Shown: positions 1 through 10,278, counted from the first letter of the stretch. The stretch: 48,741 bases of DNA from Candidatus Sigynarchaeum calidifontis (GCA_030587475.2 JAUQYZ020000022.1:1-48741); one strand, 5' to 3'. Made by a program: numbers and translations. Notes: generated from the letters alone by a model not told the origin.

Positions 1-1
1 G

Positions 2-259
2 CACTTCGCGCCGGGCGGGGTCTTGGACCCGGCCGACATCTACGTCGCTAGCGCCAACGGCACGGGCAACATGGCCGGCATCTGGGGGGTGTTGGCGACC
101 GGTCGCGACGACATCATCAAGCGGCTCGGCTCTCTCTCGTCCACGCTAGGTATCGGCGCGTTCAAGCCCCATCCGCTACTGTTAACGATGCCCTTTCCCA
201 ACGCGCGCAAGGCCGCCAAGCGGCTGCGGCAATGGACTTCCACCGCCACGCAAACTTGA
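2..259 (+). CDS. 3' fragment of a hypothetical protein (runs off the window start)
   Basis: Frame 2 is open from base 2 to TGA at 257-259 (HFAPGGVLDPADIYV...); no recognisable motif. Confidence 0.45.
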   Translation, partial: HFAPGGVLDPADIYVASANGTGNMAGIWGVLATGRDDIIKRLGSLSSTLGIGAFKPHPLLLTMPFPNARKAAKRLRQWTSTATQT

Positions 260-276
260 ACCGAGAAAGGCTTTTT

Positions 277-753
277 CTAGAATGCAAAGATGAAATAGAC
301 ATCGACGCCGGCCGATGTGAAGATGCCCCACGTGATCGCCGCGCTCGCGACGAGGGCAGGCACGTACACGGCAACATAATGTACGATGACGCGCCATTCG
401 GGGAAGCTCCCCTTTCGATAGTCGCGCAAGTACATGATGAAGAAAGGGATGCCGAAATACAAGATAAAAAGCACGGCGAGGCCCACGAGCACGGACATCA
501 CGAGCACGTACCATGATAGCGCCACGCCCAGGTTGGACAATTCGATGCCGAGAACGGTCATGAGGTTTTTGAGAAACACTGACTTGGCGTATCTCGCCCG
601 GCCATTCTGGTTCCAGGCATCGTGCTCGATTGCCCACGTCACGACGAGTGCGAGTCCGCTGAATATTGCAACGTTCAGGCCGGTCTGAACCACCTCGAAC
701 GCGACCAGCTCGCCAGCAGTCAGCCCTGGAAAAAGCAAGAACGGAACGGCCAT
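277..753 (-). CDS. Integral membrane protein (about 4 TM)
   Basis: ATG at 753 (MAVPFLLFPG); four long hydrophobic segments; divergent from the gene at 813. Confidence 0.7.
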   Translation of the reverse strand: MAVPFLLFPGLTAGELVAFEVVQTGLNVAIFSGLALVVTWAIEHDAWNQNGRARYAKSVFLKNLMTVLGIELSNLGVALSWYVLVMSVLVGLAVLFILYFGIPFFIMYLRDYRKGSFPEWRVIVHYVAVYVPALVASAAITWGIFTSAGVDVYFIFAF

Positions 754-812
754 CTTCGAGAGCACCCGCAAGACAAGTAGATACTTATTCTCCCGCGGGG
801 GATAAAAAAGGG

Positions 813-1100
813 ATGAGCGCACGATCCCCCGATGTTTCCCCGAACGTAATTGATGCACCCGCGCGGCAACCCCCCCTCACGATGAGGCGCAAGATCGTTT
901 ACGTGTGCACCTTCTTCGCGGGCGTGTTCTTCTCGAACCCGCCCTTGATGCCGGCCTCGATCGCTTGCGCGGCGATATTGCTGCTACAATCAAGAAACAA
1001 GAAAGTGGCCATTCTCGGCATCATGCTCGTGGTGCTCCAGATAGTGGTTATCTCGGTGTTTCTAGAGCTCATGATCAACGCGGGGAGGGGAACGCCGTGA
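813..1100 (+). CDS. Small membrane protein
   Basis: MSARSPDV... followed by hydrophobic helices (IVYVCTFFAGVFF, ILGIMLVVLQIVVISVFL); stop overlaps the next GTG start (GTGA). Confidence 0.6.
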   Translation: MSARSPDVSPNVIDAPARQPPLTMRRKIVYVCTFFAGVFFSNPPLMPASIACAAILLLQSRNKKVAILGIMLVVLQIVVISVFLELMINAGRGTP

Positions 1101-2899
1101 AGCGCTGCAAGCCGGGTCGATCCAGGCCGCTGCGGACGCGCAAGGCCAAGGCCTACATCGCGGCGAAGCTCTGCTTGCTCGGCTTCGTGCTGGCCTTCTG
1201 GGGCGCTATGTTCCTCGACGCGGGCGTCATGTTCGACAACAAGCAAAGAACCCTCTGGGTTCACGTCCCGACGGTCGTCGCGGCGGGCGAGCCGTTCACC
1301 ATGACCGTGGAAGCCTGGGACGCGTACGAGCGCGTCGCCGGGTCGTACACGGGACGCGTCACCTTCACGTTGGAGTCCTACGTCACGGGTTCCAATGCGA
1401 CTCTCTTGCCAGGGGGTGTCGTGTTCACGGTCGACGGGAACGGGTCGAGGTTCACGTCGAACTTCAATGGTGCGGGGCTCGTGCCCGCCTACACGGTCGG
1501 TGGGGCGGACAATGGCCGGAAGGCCTACCGGTCATCCATCGACACGCCCGGCGTCCATTACATCCGTGCCACCGACCAAGACAAGCACGAGACCTTTCGC
1601 AGCAACCCGGTCATCGTCGTGCCCGCGTCGTCCGGCTTCGATCGCATCTTCTGGGGGGACATCCACTTTCACTCGGCGCTATCGGATGGCTCCGGCACTC
1701 CCGAGCAGCTGTACACCTATGCACGCGACGTGGCGCTGGTCGACTTCGTGGCACTCACGGACCACGCGGAGATGTTCCCCCGGTTTGGCGACGCGGCGTT
1801 GGGTACTGCATTCAAGAACTACGTCGAAACGACGAACCGGTTCAACGAGGCGGGTCGCTTCGCCACGCTCGTCGCCCTTGAATGGACGCCGCTGCTTGCC
1901 CAGGCACGCGAGTATCTTTGCACGTCACATATCAACTTCTACATGAGTGGCGACAGCATCCCGTACATATCCACGTTCGACCAACACACGCCTTACGAGG
2001 CGTACCAGGCCGTGCGGGCCGCCACGAGCGATCCATTTTTGGCATGGACGCACCACGTGACGCGGGAAGAGTATCCGTCCGATTTCGGGTTTTACGATCC
2101 ATCGATCAACACGATGGTCGAGATCTACTCGTGCCATGGCTCGGGCGAGTTCCAGGGCTCGTTAAACTTGTACCCGATGGTGCATGGCTTGGACAAATCG
2201 CACCGCGGCTATTCCGTCAACGACGCGCTGCGCATGGGCAGGCGGTTCGGCATAATGGCGTCGAGCGATTCGCATGACGGGAACCCCGGGCACGATCTTC
2301 TCCACACGAGCGCCCGAGCGCTCACGCAACAGCCATACACGTTCTCCGCGTACCGGTACGGCGTGGTTCAGCCTGGCGGGCTCACGGGCGTGTTCGCGAC
2401 CGAGCTCTCCCGGTCGAGCGTTTTCGCCGCGTTGCAGTCCCGCGCGGCCATGGCGACCACGTGGATCAACCGGCCGTTCCTTAACTTCAGCATCAACGGC
2501 ATCAGCGTTGGCCGGCAAAACTCCACCGTGGTGCTCGGCGGGCCGGCGACGCCCCGCGTCGTGAACGTCGTCCTTGCCATCGACGGGCTGGCGCGTGCGA
2601 CAAGCGTGGTGAAGACCATCGCGAACGTGACGATATTCAAGAACTCGGTGCCATGGCGATCGATCGCTCCCGGCGGGATCATGGTTAATTGGACGGTCGT
2701 TGACACCGAGCCAACCACGGGCGCTAGTTACGACCATTGCATACAAAAGGCGGACGGGCTCTGGTACGTCAACGAGCGATCCAAGGTTCCCGTCGACCCG
2801 GCGACGCTGAACACGGCAGGTGCCGACTATTACTACGTCCGCGTCGTGGACTCGCTCGGTGGCGCGGCATGGATGGGGCCGATCTGGGCATCGCCATGA
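1097..2899 (+). CDS. Membrane-anchored PHP-fold metallohydrolase (CehA/McbA / DUF3604-like)
   Basis: N-terminal TM helix; PHP motifs WGDIHFHSALSDG, ALTDHAE, EIYSCHG, ASSDSHDG; C-terminal YYYVRV...AWMGPIW strand typical of the family. Confidence 0.8.
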   Translation: MKRCKPGRSRPLRTRKAKAYIAAKLCLLGFVLAFWGAMFLDAGVMFDNKQRTLWVHVPTVVAAGEPFTMTVEAWDAYERVAGSYTGRVTFTLESYVTGSNATLLPGGVVFTVDGNGSRFTSNFNGAGLVPAYTVGGADNGRKAYRSSIDTPGVHYIRATDQDKHETFRSNPVIVVPASSGFDRIFWGDIHFHSALSDGSGTPEQLYTYARDVALVDFVALTDHAEMFPRFGDAALGTAFKNYVETTNRFNEAGRFATLVALEWTPLLAQAREYLCTSHINFYMSGDSIPYISTFDQHTPYEAYQAVRAATSDPFLAWTHHVTREEYPSDFGFYDPSINTMVEIYSCHGSGEFQGSLNLYPMVHGLDKSHRGYSVNDALRMGRRFGIMASSDSHDGNPGHDLLHTSARALTQQPYTFSAYRYGVVQPGGLTGVFATELSRSSVFAALQSRAAMATTWINRPFLNFSINGISVGRQNSTVVLGGPATPRVVNVVLAIDGLARATSVVKTIANVTIFKNSVPWRSIAPGGIMVNWTVVDTEPTTGASYDHCIQKADGLWYVNERSKVPVDPATLNTAGADYYYVRVVDSLGGAAWMGPIWASP

Positions 2900-2967
2900 A
2901 CGGAAGTATTCTGATTTCTTGACGTCCCTTTTTATTCCCATCCCCGAATAGAATACCTTGATCCACG

Positions 2968-4059
2968 GTGTTCGAGGCAGCAGAGATCTTCGAGCCCTAC
3001 GGCTGCGCAGCGGTCGATGGCGGGAAAGGATCGAACCACGGGTCCAGCATATGCCAGGGCCCGAATGGCGAGCTCATCGCGGTCTGGTACGGTGGCACCG
3101 CGGAGAAGCACGAGGACGTCCAGGTCTGGATGTCCAAGAAATTCCCCGGAAAAGCATGGGAAAAACCCTGGGTTTGCGAAAAAGAGGGAAAAACGTCCAA
3201 GATCCCCGAGGAAATGGCAGAATTCGAGGGAAATTCGTCCGAGGGCAATCCGGTCATATACTACGAAAAAGAACAGAACCGATTGCACTTGTGGTGGATC
3301 ACGATCTGGGGTTTCGGCAAGAACCGGGGCTGGTCGACCGGCTTCATCAAGTACAAATATAGCGACGATCTCGGCAAGACCTGGGTGCTCAAGAAGGACG
3401 GACGGCCCAGGCTCCTTCACGACTTCTGGGGATTGATGATCAAGAATGTACCCATCAAGCTGAGCAGCGGAGACTTGCTCCTTCCATCGATGGCGGAGTG
3501 GACAACGTACAGCCCGGTGTACTGGAAGTGCCCGGGTGCCGAGTTCAAGAAGGGGTGCCTGGCGAGCCAGTGGCGGAAGATAGACACGACATCGACCGAC
3601 TGTTTCCAACCCACCATCGTTGAGCTCGAGAACGGTCACGTCATGGCCTTGATGCGCACGAGCAAGGGCGGGAAGTTCTCTGGCATAATGGCGCAGATGG
3701 ACAGCTACGACTTCGGTGATACGTGGACACCGGCACGTCGCAACGATTATGGATTCCCGAATCCGAATGCGAACAACGCCATGGTCAAGCTCGCCAACGG
3801 CCACGTCGTGCTCGTGTTCAACGATTCGCCCGAGAATCGCAACCCCTTGACTGCGGCCCTCTCCGAGGATGGCGGGAGATCCTTCCCGTGGAAAAGAACC
3901 ATCGAGCGCTCACGAGACGAGAAGTGCCGGTTCCACTACCCGTGCGCCATCCAATCGACCGATGGCCGCGTGCACGTGACCTACACGAACACGACTCCGC
4001 GCACTGACAACATCAAGTGGGCTTCTTTCACCGAAGACTGGATCAAGCTGGGAACATAG
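2968..4059 (+). CDS. Exo-alpha-sialidase-like BNR/Asp-box beta-propeller protein
   Basis: Asp boxes SDDLGKTW, SYDFGDTW, SEDGGRSF; QPTIVEL, RNPLTAALS and YPCAIQSTDGRVHVTYT as in BNR_2 family; no signal peptide. Confidence 0.85.
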   Translation: MFEAAEIFEPYGCAAVDGGKGSNHGSSICQGPNGELIAVWYGGTAEKHEDVQVWMSKKFPGKAWEKPWVCEKEGKTSKIPEEMAEFEGNSSEGNPVIYYEKEQNRLHLWWITIWGFGKNRGWSTGFIKYKYSDDLGKTWVLKKDGRPRLLHDFWGLMIKNVPIKLSSGDLLLPSMAEWTTYSPVYWKCPGAEFKKGCLASQWRKIDTTSTDCFQPTIVELENGHVMALMRTSKGGKFSGIMAQMDSYDFGDTWTPARRNDYGFPNPNANNAMVKLANGHVVLVFNDSPENRNPLTAALSEDGGRSFPWKRTIERSRDEKCRFHYPCAIQSTDGRVHVTYTNTTPRTDNIKWASFTEDWIKLGT

Positions 4060-4265
4060 CATCCCGGTCCTGAATAACAGCGGTGAAAAAAAGGATAAGA
4101 AGGGCTCAATCGTGGCAAATCTTGTGAAATAGTCCAGGGTCGTTCAAGAAATCGGTTTTGCATTTTTCAGAGCAAAAATACAAGTTTCTCCCTGCACATC
4201 CTTCGAAAACCAACGTGGATTCATCGTCGGTATCAACGTTTTTCGTAACCACTGGCGGTTATCTC

Positions 4266-5915
4266 TTATTTCAAGTCGAGCGATTTTTTGTAATCGAACC
4301 CGTTCGTGATGGGCATGCGGCGGCCGATCCCGAAAGCTTTCGGGGAGACCTTGATGGTTTGCACGAGCTGGGCACGCTTGAACTCTGCGACCTTGACCAT
4401 TCTTGCCACCCGATTGACGAGAGCAGCATCGAATCCCATGGCGATGATTTCATCGATGGACTTGTGCGCTTCGATCATCGGTTCGATGATCTGGTCGAGC
4501 AGCGAGTACGGCGGGAGCGAGTCGACGGTCTTCTGGTTCTCCCGCAGCTCGGGCGACGGCGGGCGCTCCAGCACGTGCCGGGGGATGATCTCCCCGTCCT
4601 TGTTGATGTATTCCTTGCATATCTTGTACAACTCGGTCTTGAACAAGTCGCCGGGCACGTTCTTGCCACCGCAAGTGTCGCCGTAGAGCGTGCAAAAGCC
4701 GACGGCGATTTCGGACTTGTTGCCCGTCGACACGAGCAAGTAATTGAACTTGTTCGAGTAATACATGAGGACGATGCCGCGGATGCGGGCTTGGACGTTC
4801 TCGTCGGCTATGTCGAACGTGTTATTCGGGATCGCCTTTGCAAAATCCGCCTCGAATTGGCCGAAGATCTTCTCGATCGGGAAGACTATCAACTCCACGC
4901 CGAGATTCTTGCAGAGTATCCTGGCACCCTCGTAACTCTGGTCGCTATTAAACCGCGTGGGCATGTACAAGCAAATGACATTCTCGGGACCGATGGCACG
5001 CGCCGCGACGACCGTCGTGAAGGATGAATCGATCCCACCGCTCAACCCGACAATGATCTTCTTGAAAGCGCCGTTTTTCTCGAAATAATCCTTGAGGTTG
5101 AGCGCGAGTGCCCTGAATAGCTCCTCCGGTTCCGGGAGCCGGGGGGCTATGCCTTGAAAAGGGATATGGCTGTCGGTAGGAACGTCGATGGTGAAAAGGC
5201 CTTCTTGAAACGGCGGTGCCCTGAACGCGATCGTGCCGTCGCTGTTCATGGCGAAGCTAGACCCGTCGAACGTGATCTCATCTTGTCCCCCGACCATGTT
5301 CACGTACACGATCGGCACGCGCGATTCTCTCGCTTTCTCGCTGGCGATGCGCTCCCGGAGGTCGATTTTGCCCTTGTAATATGGGGACGCGTTGATAGAC
5401 AGCACGAGCCGTGCACCCTTCTCCGCGAGCGGCGCGACGACCTTTCGGTCGTAATCCTTGTCCCACAAATCCTCGCATATGATGACGCCCGCCCGCGTGC
5501 CGTGGATGTCGACCGGGGCCGCCGGCTCGCCGTGGCAGAAGTATCGCGACTCGTCAAAAACATCGTAGGTCGGTAATAGTTGCTTGTGGATGATCTTGAT
5601 GATCTTCTTGCTGCCAAGGATTGCTGCCGCGTTGTAATACTTGCCGGGGTCTTTCTCATGCTTGTCAATAAAACCGACTATGACCGTCATTCCCGATGTC
5701 TTCTCCTTGATGGTATCGAGAGCTTGCAAATTTTGCTCCACGAAACCAGAGACAAACAAGAGATCGAGCACGGGATACCCGGCAATGACTTGCTCGGGAA
5801 ATAATAGGACGTCAACCCTTGCTTGTTTAGCCTTCTCGATGTAATCGAGGATCTTGCGCGTGTTTCCCTTGATATCGCCGACTTTCGAGTCGATCTGCGC
5901 GAGGCCGAGCTTCAT
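4266..5915 (-). CDS. nadE: Glutamine-dependent NAD+ synthetase
   Basis: N-terminal nitrilase/glutaminase domain (FPEQ, HKQLLP, ICEDLW triad) plus synthetase domain (GLSGGIDS, ENVQARIR, TGNKSE, PSPEL, EFKRAQ). Confidence 0.96.
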   Translation of the reverse strand: MKLGLAQIDSKVGDIKGNTRKILDYIEKAKQARVDVLLFPEQVIAGYPVLDLLFVSGFVEQNLQALDTIKEKTSGMTVIVGFIDKHEKDPGKYYNAAAILGSKKIIKIIHKQLLPTYDVFDESRYFCHGEPAAPVDIHGTRAGVIICEDLWDKDYDRKVVAPLAEKGARLVLSINASPYYKGKIDLRERIASEKARESRVPIVYVNMVGGQDEITFDGSSFAMNSDGTIAFRAPPFQEGLFTIDVPTDSHIPFQGIAPRLPEPEELFRALALNLKDYFEKNGAFKKIIVGLSGGIDSSFTTVVAARAIGPENVICLYMPTRFNSDQSYEGARILCKNLGVELIVFPIEKIFGQFEADFAKAIPNNTFDIADENVQARIRGIVLMYYSNKFNYLLVSTGNKSEIAVGFCTLYGDTCGGKNVPGDLFKTELYKICKEYINKDGEIIPRHVLERPPSPELRENQKTVDSLPPYSLLDQIIEPMIEAHKSIDEIIAMGFDAALVNRVARMVKVAEFKRAQLVQTIKVSPKAFGIGRRMPITNGFDYKKSLDLK

Positions 5916-5962
5916 AGGTAGAAATATCTCCCGCGCCGATATTTATCTGGTGGTGAAAGGTC

Positions 5963-6265
5963 GTGGTGAAATGTCTTGCCTGCGCGTCCGGTTCCGTGGA
6001 ACGCATCGGCTCCATCTCGCGGCTCGCCCAAGGCAACGAGGAGATTTATACGCTCTACCGGTGCCACGATTGCGGGAATTACCTCCTCGATTGCTATGAG
6101 GACATCTTCATGCCCGTGAACGACCAGCCGGATCCGCATTGGACGCGGGGACCGTTCGACAAGGCAAAGGGCGAGTTGCTGGGGCGTTTGATCAAGAAAT
6201 GTCCCGATCCCAAAGACAAGTTTTGCAATTGCGCGGCGCACGTGCAGTTTTTTGACGAAATTTAA
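5963..6265 (+). CDS. Small Cys-rich putative Zn-binding protein
   Basis: CLAC...CHDC ribbon plus C-terminal CPDPKDKFCNCAAH; divergent from nadE. Confidence 0.7.
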   Translation: MVKCLACASGSVERIGSISRLAQGNEEIYTLYRCHDCGNYLLDCYEDIFMPVNDQPDPHWTRGPFDKAKGELLGRLIKKCPDPKDKFCNCAAHVQFFDEI

Positions 6266-6380
6266 TTATTTAAAGAGGCTGATAGTGGTTGCCATCGTGG
6301 CCGCGCTTTTCATCGGGTTCGCCCTCGTCCACGCGAACAGGCTTGTCAAGCTCGATGAGATCATGATAAAGACGCGGTGA
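6252..6380 (+). CDS. Possible 42-aa single-TM microprotein or gene remnant (not in ORF track)
   Basis: TTG start; MTKFNYLKRLIVVAIVAALFIGFALVHANRLVKLDEIMIKTR has a basic N-terminus and a clean hydrophobic helix. Confidence 0.3.
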   Translation: MTKFNYLKRLIVVAIVAALFIGFALVHANRLVKLDEIMIKTR

Positions 6381-6460
6381 TGCGACGTGGGATTGCACCT
6401 CCTTTCTCTCGCGATCACCCTCCACTTCATTTTTTCGTGATATCTATTTAATACCACCTG

Positions 6461-7858
6461 GTGGCTCATGGACACGATCGAATCGTGAACGGACATTTAC
6501 GGGATAAGAAAAAGTCGGCGATCGACGCTCTGACGGATAGGGTTTTCCCGCCGATAGCCCTTGCCAGCGTCGCCACGTTCGGCTGGGCCATCCGGGGGCA
6601 AGCCGGTTTCGGTGCCATCCCCGGCTGCGTGTTCGCGGGGACGTTGATCGCGTGCACGTGGTATTTCTGGTCGACGCGGGCGACGCGCGATGGTTCGCCG
6701 AGACCATTCAGCAGCGGGTGGACGTTACTTGCCTTGATCGCCGGGATCGGGATCGAGGGCATGCACGGTTGGAGCCAATACGGCACGTGGATCCAGGGCA
6801 AGTTTTGGGTCGGTCAGGACGTTTTTTGGCCCATGAATCCTGCTTTCGGCTACGCGTGGCTGTTCGTGGCAGCGGTGCCGTGGGGAGCGACCGGGGCAGT
6901 GTTTTTGGCATGGACCCGCCGCGGCGACCATCTCACGAGACGATCGTGGATAATCCGCCTGGCCTCGGGCGTAGTAGGCATGCTGGGGGCGACATCGTTG
7001 TTCTTCGCTTGCCGGCCCGTGATCCTTCCTTACTGGGGGACGGCTCCCTACGACGATTTCGAGACGTGGGAAGGCTGCATGGACACCTACCACCAGATCT
7101 TGCAAGCGATGGGGTTCATGGGCCTGTTCCTTGGCTTCCTGGCCTTCGAGGTCTGGCGGAAGCATTGGCAAAACGTCAAGCTCATTGGAATCGTCGCCTT
7201 GATCACGGGTTTCGGCTGGCTCGTCGCGAAGACGTGGATGTTCGCCGACGAGGCATTTCCGACCGTGAGCTGGAATTGGTGGCGATGCTGGGAGGCATCG
7301 GGCGGGTTCGCGATTGGCCTGGGCCATGCGATCGCATTCATCACGTGCAACAAGCCCCGAAGCGACCACGCATCCCAACCACGAGAAATGCTAGTTCCCG
7401 GGTACCATCGCTGGCAAGACCTGCTCGAACGCTATGTCGGCCTCCATGCTGCCCTCATCATCGGCCTCACGTACGCCGTCTCGAGCCTCATCAAGGGCAT
7501 GTTCGCGATCTACGACGACGAGGATCTCGCCGTGCCGTACCGCGTGATAGCGGGCATCATGCTCGTCGGTGGCCTGGCAATGCCCGTGATCGCGAGCTTG
7601 GCCAGGCAGCTGCGCGAGGGGACGACGGCCGATCTTGCATCCGACGGCGTGACCTTCGGCCGCATCTATCCAATTGTCTTGTCCGCGTTGTTCATCGTCG
7701 GTTTGCTCGTGACTGGTCCCATAACGAACCCGAGCGAGCGGGCGTTCATTTGTTTTTACGTCGTGCTCTGGGCGATAAACGCGGTGATGATCCTCGCTTC
7801 GATGATGTTATCATCGCTGTCATTGTCCTCGCAAAGCCAGCCGGGCATCATGCCTTGA
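6461..7858 (+). CDS. Polytopic membrane protein of unknown function
   Basis: About 12 hydrophobic segments; Gly/Trp-rich motifs GWAIRGQAGFG, GWSQYG, NWWRCWE. Confidence 0.8.
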   Translation: MAHGHDRIVNGHLRDKKKSAIDALTDRVFPPIALASVATFGWAIRGQAGFGAIPGCVFAGTLIACTWYFWSTRATRDGSPRPFSSGWTLLALIAGIGIEGMHGWSQYGTWIQGKFWVGQDVFWPMNPAFGYAWLFVAAVPWGATGAVFLAWTRRGDHLTRRSWIIRLASGVVGMLGATSLFFACRPVILPYWGTAPYDDFETWEGCMDTYHQILQAMGFMGLFLGFLAFEVWRKHWQNVKLIGIVALITGFGWLVAKTWMFADEAFPTVSWNWWRCWEASGGFAIGLGHAIAFITCNKPRSDHASQPREMLVPGYHRWQDLLERYVGLHAALIIGLTYAVSSLIKGMFAIYDDEDLAVPYRVIAGIMLVGGLAMPVIASLARQLREGTTADLASDGVTFGRIYPIVLSALFIVGLLVTGPITNPSERAFICFYVVLWAINAVMILASMMLSSLSLSSQSQPGIMP

Positions 7859-8588
7859 AATCGTCCTTCCGCCAAGCTTCGAAGGCTTGCCGCATCAATT
7901 CCTTTTCGGCTTCCTTTTTTTGCTTGAAAACGACCGCCGTCTCGATGTGGGGGAAATGAAGGATCGTGCAGTTGTCGGCCGGGTGAATGACCCGCATGTT
8001 CCTCGCGCCGAAACGTTTATCGTGGTCGGGACCAGATTCAACGAAATCAATCTTGATGACCGGGGTGATGCCGAATATTTTCTGGACAGCTTCGATGAAT
8101 TGGTTTTTTTGCTGGTCAGGCGAGGTGTCGATGAACGACGATGCCTTTGCGAGGATCGGCCCCACCAGCTTCTCGTGCACGAGCGCGAGATCCTTTCCGG
8201 AGTCCAGGTACATGGCGCCGCAGAGCGCCTCGAGCACGTCCGACAGCACGCCCGTGTCGGTCGCGGTGATCGGGGCGAGCGAGATCACGTGGCCATCGAT
8301 GCCAAGCTCCACCGCCCTGGCCGCCATGACCCTGTTGCTCTCCAGGATGTTTCTTTGCTTGGTCATGGTCTCTTGATCCTTTGCGGCGGGGTCGTCGTAC
8401 AGCGCCTGGGCCATGACGAGCTTGGCAACCGCGTCGCCGAGGAACTCGAGCCGCTCGTAGGACGCCACGCCGTGCTGCTTGGCATACGCGGGGGTAGTCA
8501 GGGCCTCCACGAACAGCGCCCGGTTCTTGAACGTGTATCCCAGCCGTTCTTGGAGCGCGTCGAGACCCGGTGCTATCGCCATGTTCAT
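7848..8588 (-). CDS. rnc: Ribonuclease III (catalytic domain + dsRBD)
   Basis: Signature ERLEFLGDAV and SDVLEALCGAMYLDSG; C-terminal dsRBD-like segment (SGPDHDKRF...KKEAEK). Confidence 0.93.
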   Translation of the reverse strand: MNMAIAPGLDALQERLGYTFKNRALFVEALTTPAYAKQHGVASYERLEFLGDAVAKLVMAQALYDDPAAKDQETMTKQRNILESNRVMAARAVELGIDGHVISLAPITATDTGVLSDVLEALCGAMYLDSGKDLALVHEKLVGPILAKASSFIDTSPDQQKNQFIEAVQKIFGITPVIKIDFVESGPDHDKRFGARNMRVIHPADNCTILHFPHIETAVVFKQKKEAEKELMRQAFEAWRKDDFKA

Positions 8589-9340
8589 CCTGCCCTCCGG
8601 CCAACCACGCCGATGTATGCCAAGGATTCATCGATGCCATCGATCCCGAGCAATTCGTTCCCCTCATCGTCGTACAGAGCGCCGATCGTGCACGCGGCGA
8701 GCTGCAGCGCCTCGGCGACAAGGTAAAAGTTCTGACCAAGATGCCCCAAATCCATGAAAATGTACCGGTAGCATCGCTGCAAGTATTTCCACTTGCTGCG
8801 GGACACGACCGCCGTCCATGCCAGCACCGCCGCTGCCTGGCGTGCCATGGCCTGGTCCAGGCAAACCGCGGCAATCCGGGGGCCGAGATCTCCCCTCTTC
8901 AGCAAGTCGAGCGCGTGCGAGGGCACGTTGTAATGGTAAAGGCCCTTGCCCAGGCCATCGACGTTGTTGGCAATCACGTAGGTCTCGTAGGGATATAACC
9001 CGCCCGCGGACGGCACGTGCCGGGGGTTGAACCCCGCGTCGTCGAACTCGTCGGTGGTAATGCCTGACGTGTATTTGAGCAGCGTCGACAGCTCTTGCAA
9101 CGTCATTGGTTCCTTCGAGAATCTACGCCGCGATCGGCGCTCGGTGAGCAAATGCCTGAACTCATCTAGCTCGAATTTGAAGTTTCGTGGCAATGAAATC
9201 CGCTGCAGCGGGGAATCGTACACCTTGAAGTCGTCGGGCTTGCCAACAAAGTCGAGGCGATGCGCGGGGAGCCGCCCTCTTACATATCTCGATTTGCGGA
9301 AGAACACGTCGCCGTACTCGCTTTCTTGCATGTCCATCAA
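8585..9340 (-). CDS. SagB/ThcOx-family nitroreductase-like dehydrogenase
   Basis: RRSRRRF, PSAGGLYPYETY, GLYHY, KWKYLQRCYRYIFMDLGHLGQN, IGALYDDE; ATGA overlap with rnc. Confidence 0.9.
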   Translation of the reverse strand: MMDMQESEYGDVFFRKSRYVRGRLPAHRLDFVGKPDDFKVYDSPLQRISLPRNFKFELDEFRHLLTERRSRRRFSKEPMTLQELSTLLKYTSGITTDEFDDAGFNPRHVPSAGGLYPYETYVIANNVDGLGKGLYHYNVPSHALDLLKRGDLGPRIAAVCLDQAMARQAAAVLAWTAVVSRSKWKYLQRCYRYIFMDLGHLGQNFYLVAEALQLAACTIGALYDDEGNELLGIDGIDESLAYIGVVGRRAG

Positions 9341-9463
9341 CCTTGCTCTGAATCCGGCAAGGTTATTTGATGGAAATTAGCTTTAAATATTTGCGGTCGA
9401 GAAAAAATAATAAACCTATTCCTTTCGTGATAATTTTTCACGAGATATCTCTGGTGTCCTTAA

Positions 9464-10186
9464 ATGCTTAACAAGATCACGTCCCTCGACCAGTTTTATT
9501 CCCTCCGGACTCTTTTACTTTGCATATACATCATCATACTATTAGCCGGGTTCGTTTATTTTGTGATAGCGGCTCGAAAGGCCGATAATACCGTGACAAA
9601 GCGGATCAAAATCGGATATGGCTTGTTCGGCCTAACTTATGCGTTAACGCGTTTTTTTTTCTTACTTTCGGACTACGAGATGGCGATATCGTACCCAATT
9701 TATCACCATGCTACACAGCTGCATTTAATCTGGGTAACAACTGCATATTCCGTTACCTTCGTGAGTTTGCTCGTCATATATCACACGGTCGAGCGACTCA
9801 TCTTGAACCGAAAACCCGTGCTCACGACCATCACGGCAATCGTTTTCATTGTGTGCTCGGTTGCGTTGGTTCTCGTAGCTTTTAATGTGGGCCTGGACTT
9901 GGTTCAAGATACCGGGCCGCACCAGATCGCCAAGTGGGCATTATATATCACAGGACCAATACTTGCAGTTGGAATCGCTGCACTCTACATCGTCATCGTG
10001 CGGAATTCAGCTGGTTCCGTGCGGATGAAGTCAGCGCTATCCTTGATCGGCCTTCTGATGATCTTCGCTGGCCTAATCTTTGATATGGATGCCTTGTCTT
10101 CTTTAGGAATTGATTCGTTTCGATTTATACTATCCCCATTACTTTTCATTGCCGGAACTGTGATCTTTTTCGCGGCACAGCGATGA
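9464..10186 (+). CDS. Stand-alone 7TM membrane protein (Lokiarchaeal-type)
   Basis: Seven hydrophobic helices countable by eye; shares motifs with the N-terminal half of 11574..13025. Confidence 0.8.
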   Translation: MLNKITSLDQFYSLRTLLLCIYIIILLAGFVYFVIAARKADNTVTKRIKIGYGLFGLTYALTRFFFLLSDYEMAISYPIYHHATQLHLIWVTTAYSVTFVSLLVIYHTVERLILNRKPVLTTITAIVFIVCSVALVLVAFNVGLDLVQDTGPHQIAKWALYITGPILAVGIAALYIVIVRNSAGSVRMKSALSLIGLLMIFAGLIFDMDALSSLGIDSFRFILSPLLFIAGTVIFFAAQR

Positions 10187-10278
10187 ACCAGCTATGATTT
10201 TCCTTTCTTTTATGCCATTACCCGAAGCAAAAAGCCTTACCCCCTCTTGAAAAGTATCTTCGTTAATATGAAGTACTC

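Noticed and set aside
4158-5027. Long antisense or alternate-frame ORFs (e.g. 4158..5027, 6652..7959, 16557..17564, 20423..21640, 38454..40025)
   Set aside because: Shadow ORFs opposite or overlapping well-supported genes; expected from GC-rich codon bias and lacking motifs.
8585-9340. TOMM/RiPP cluster around the SagB-like gene
   Set aside because: No YcaO cyclodehydratase or convincing precursor peptide nearby; stand-alone SagB-like proteins are common in archaea.
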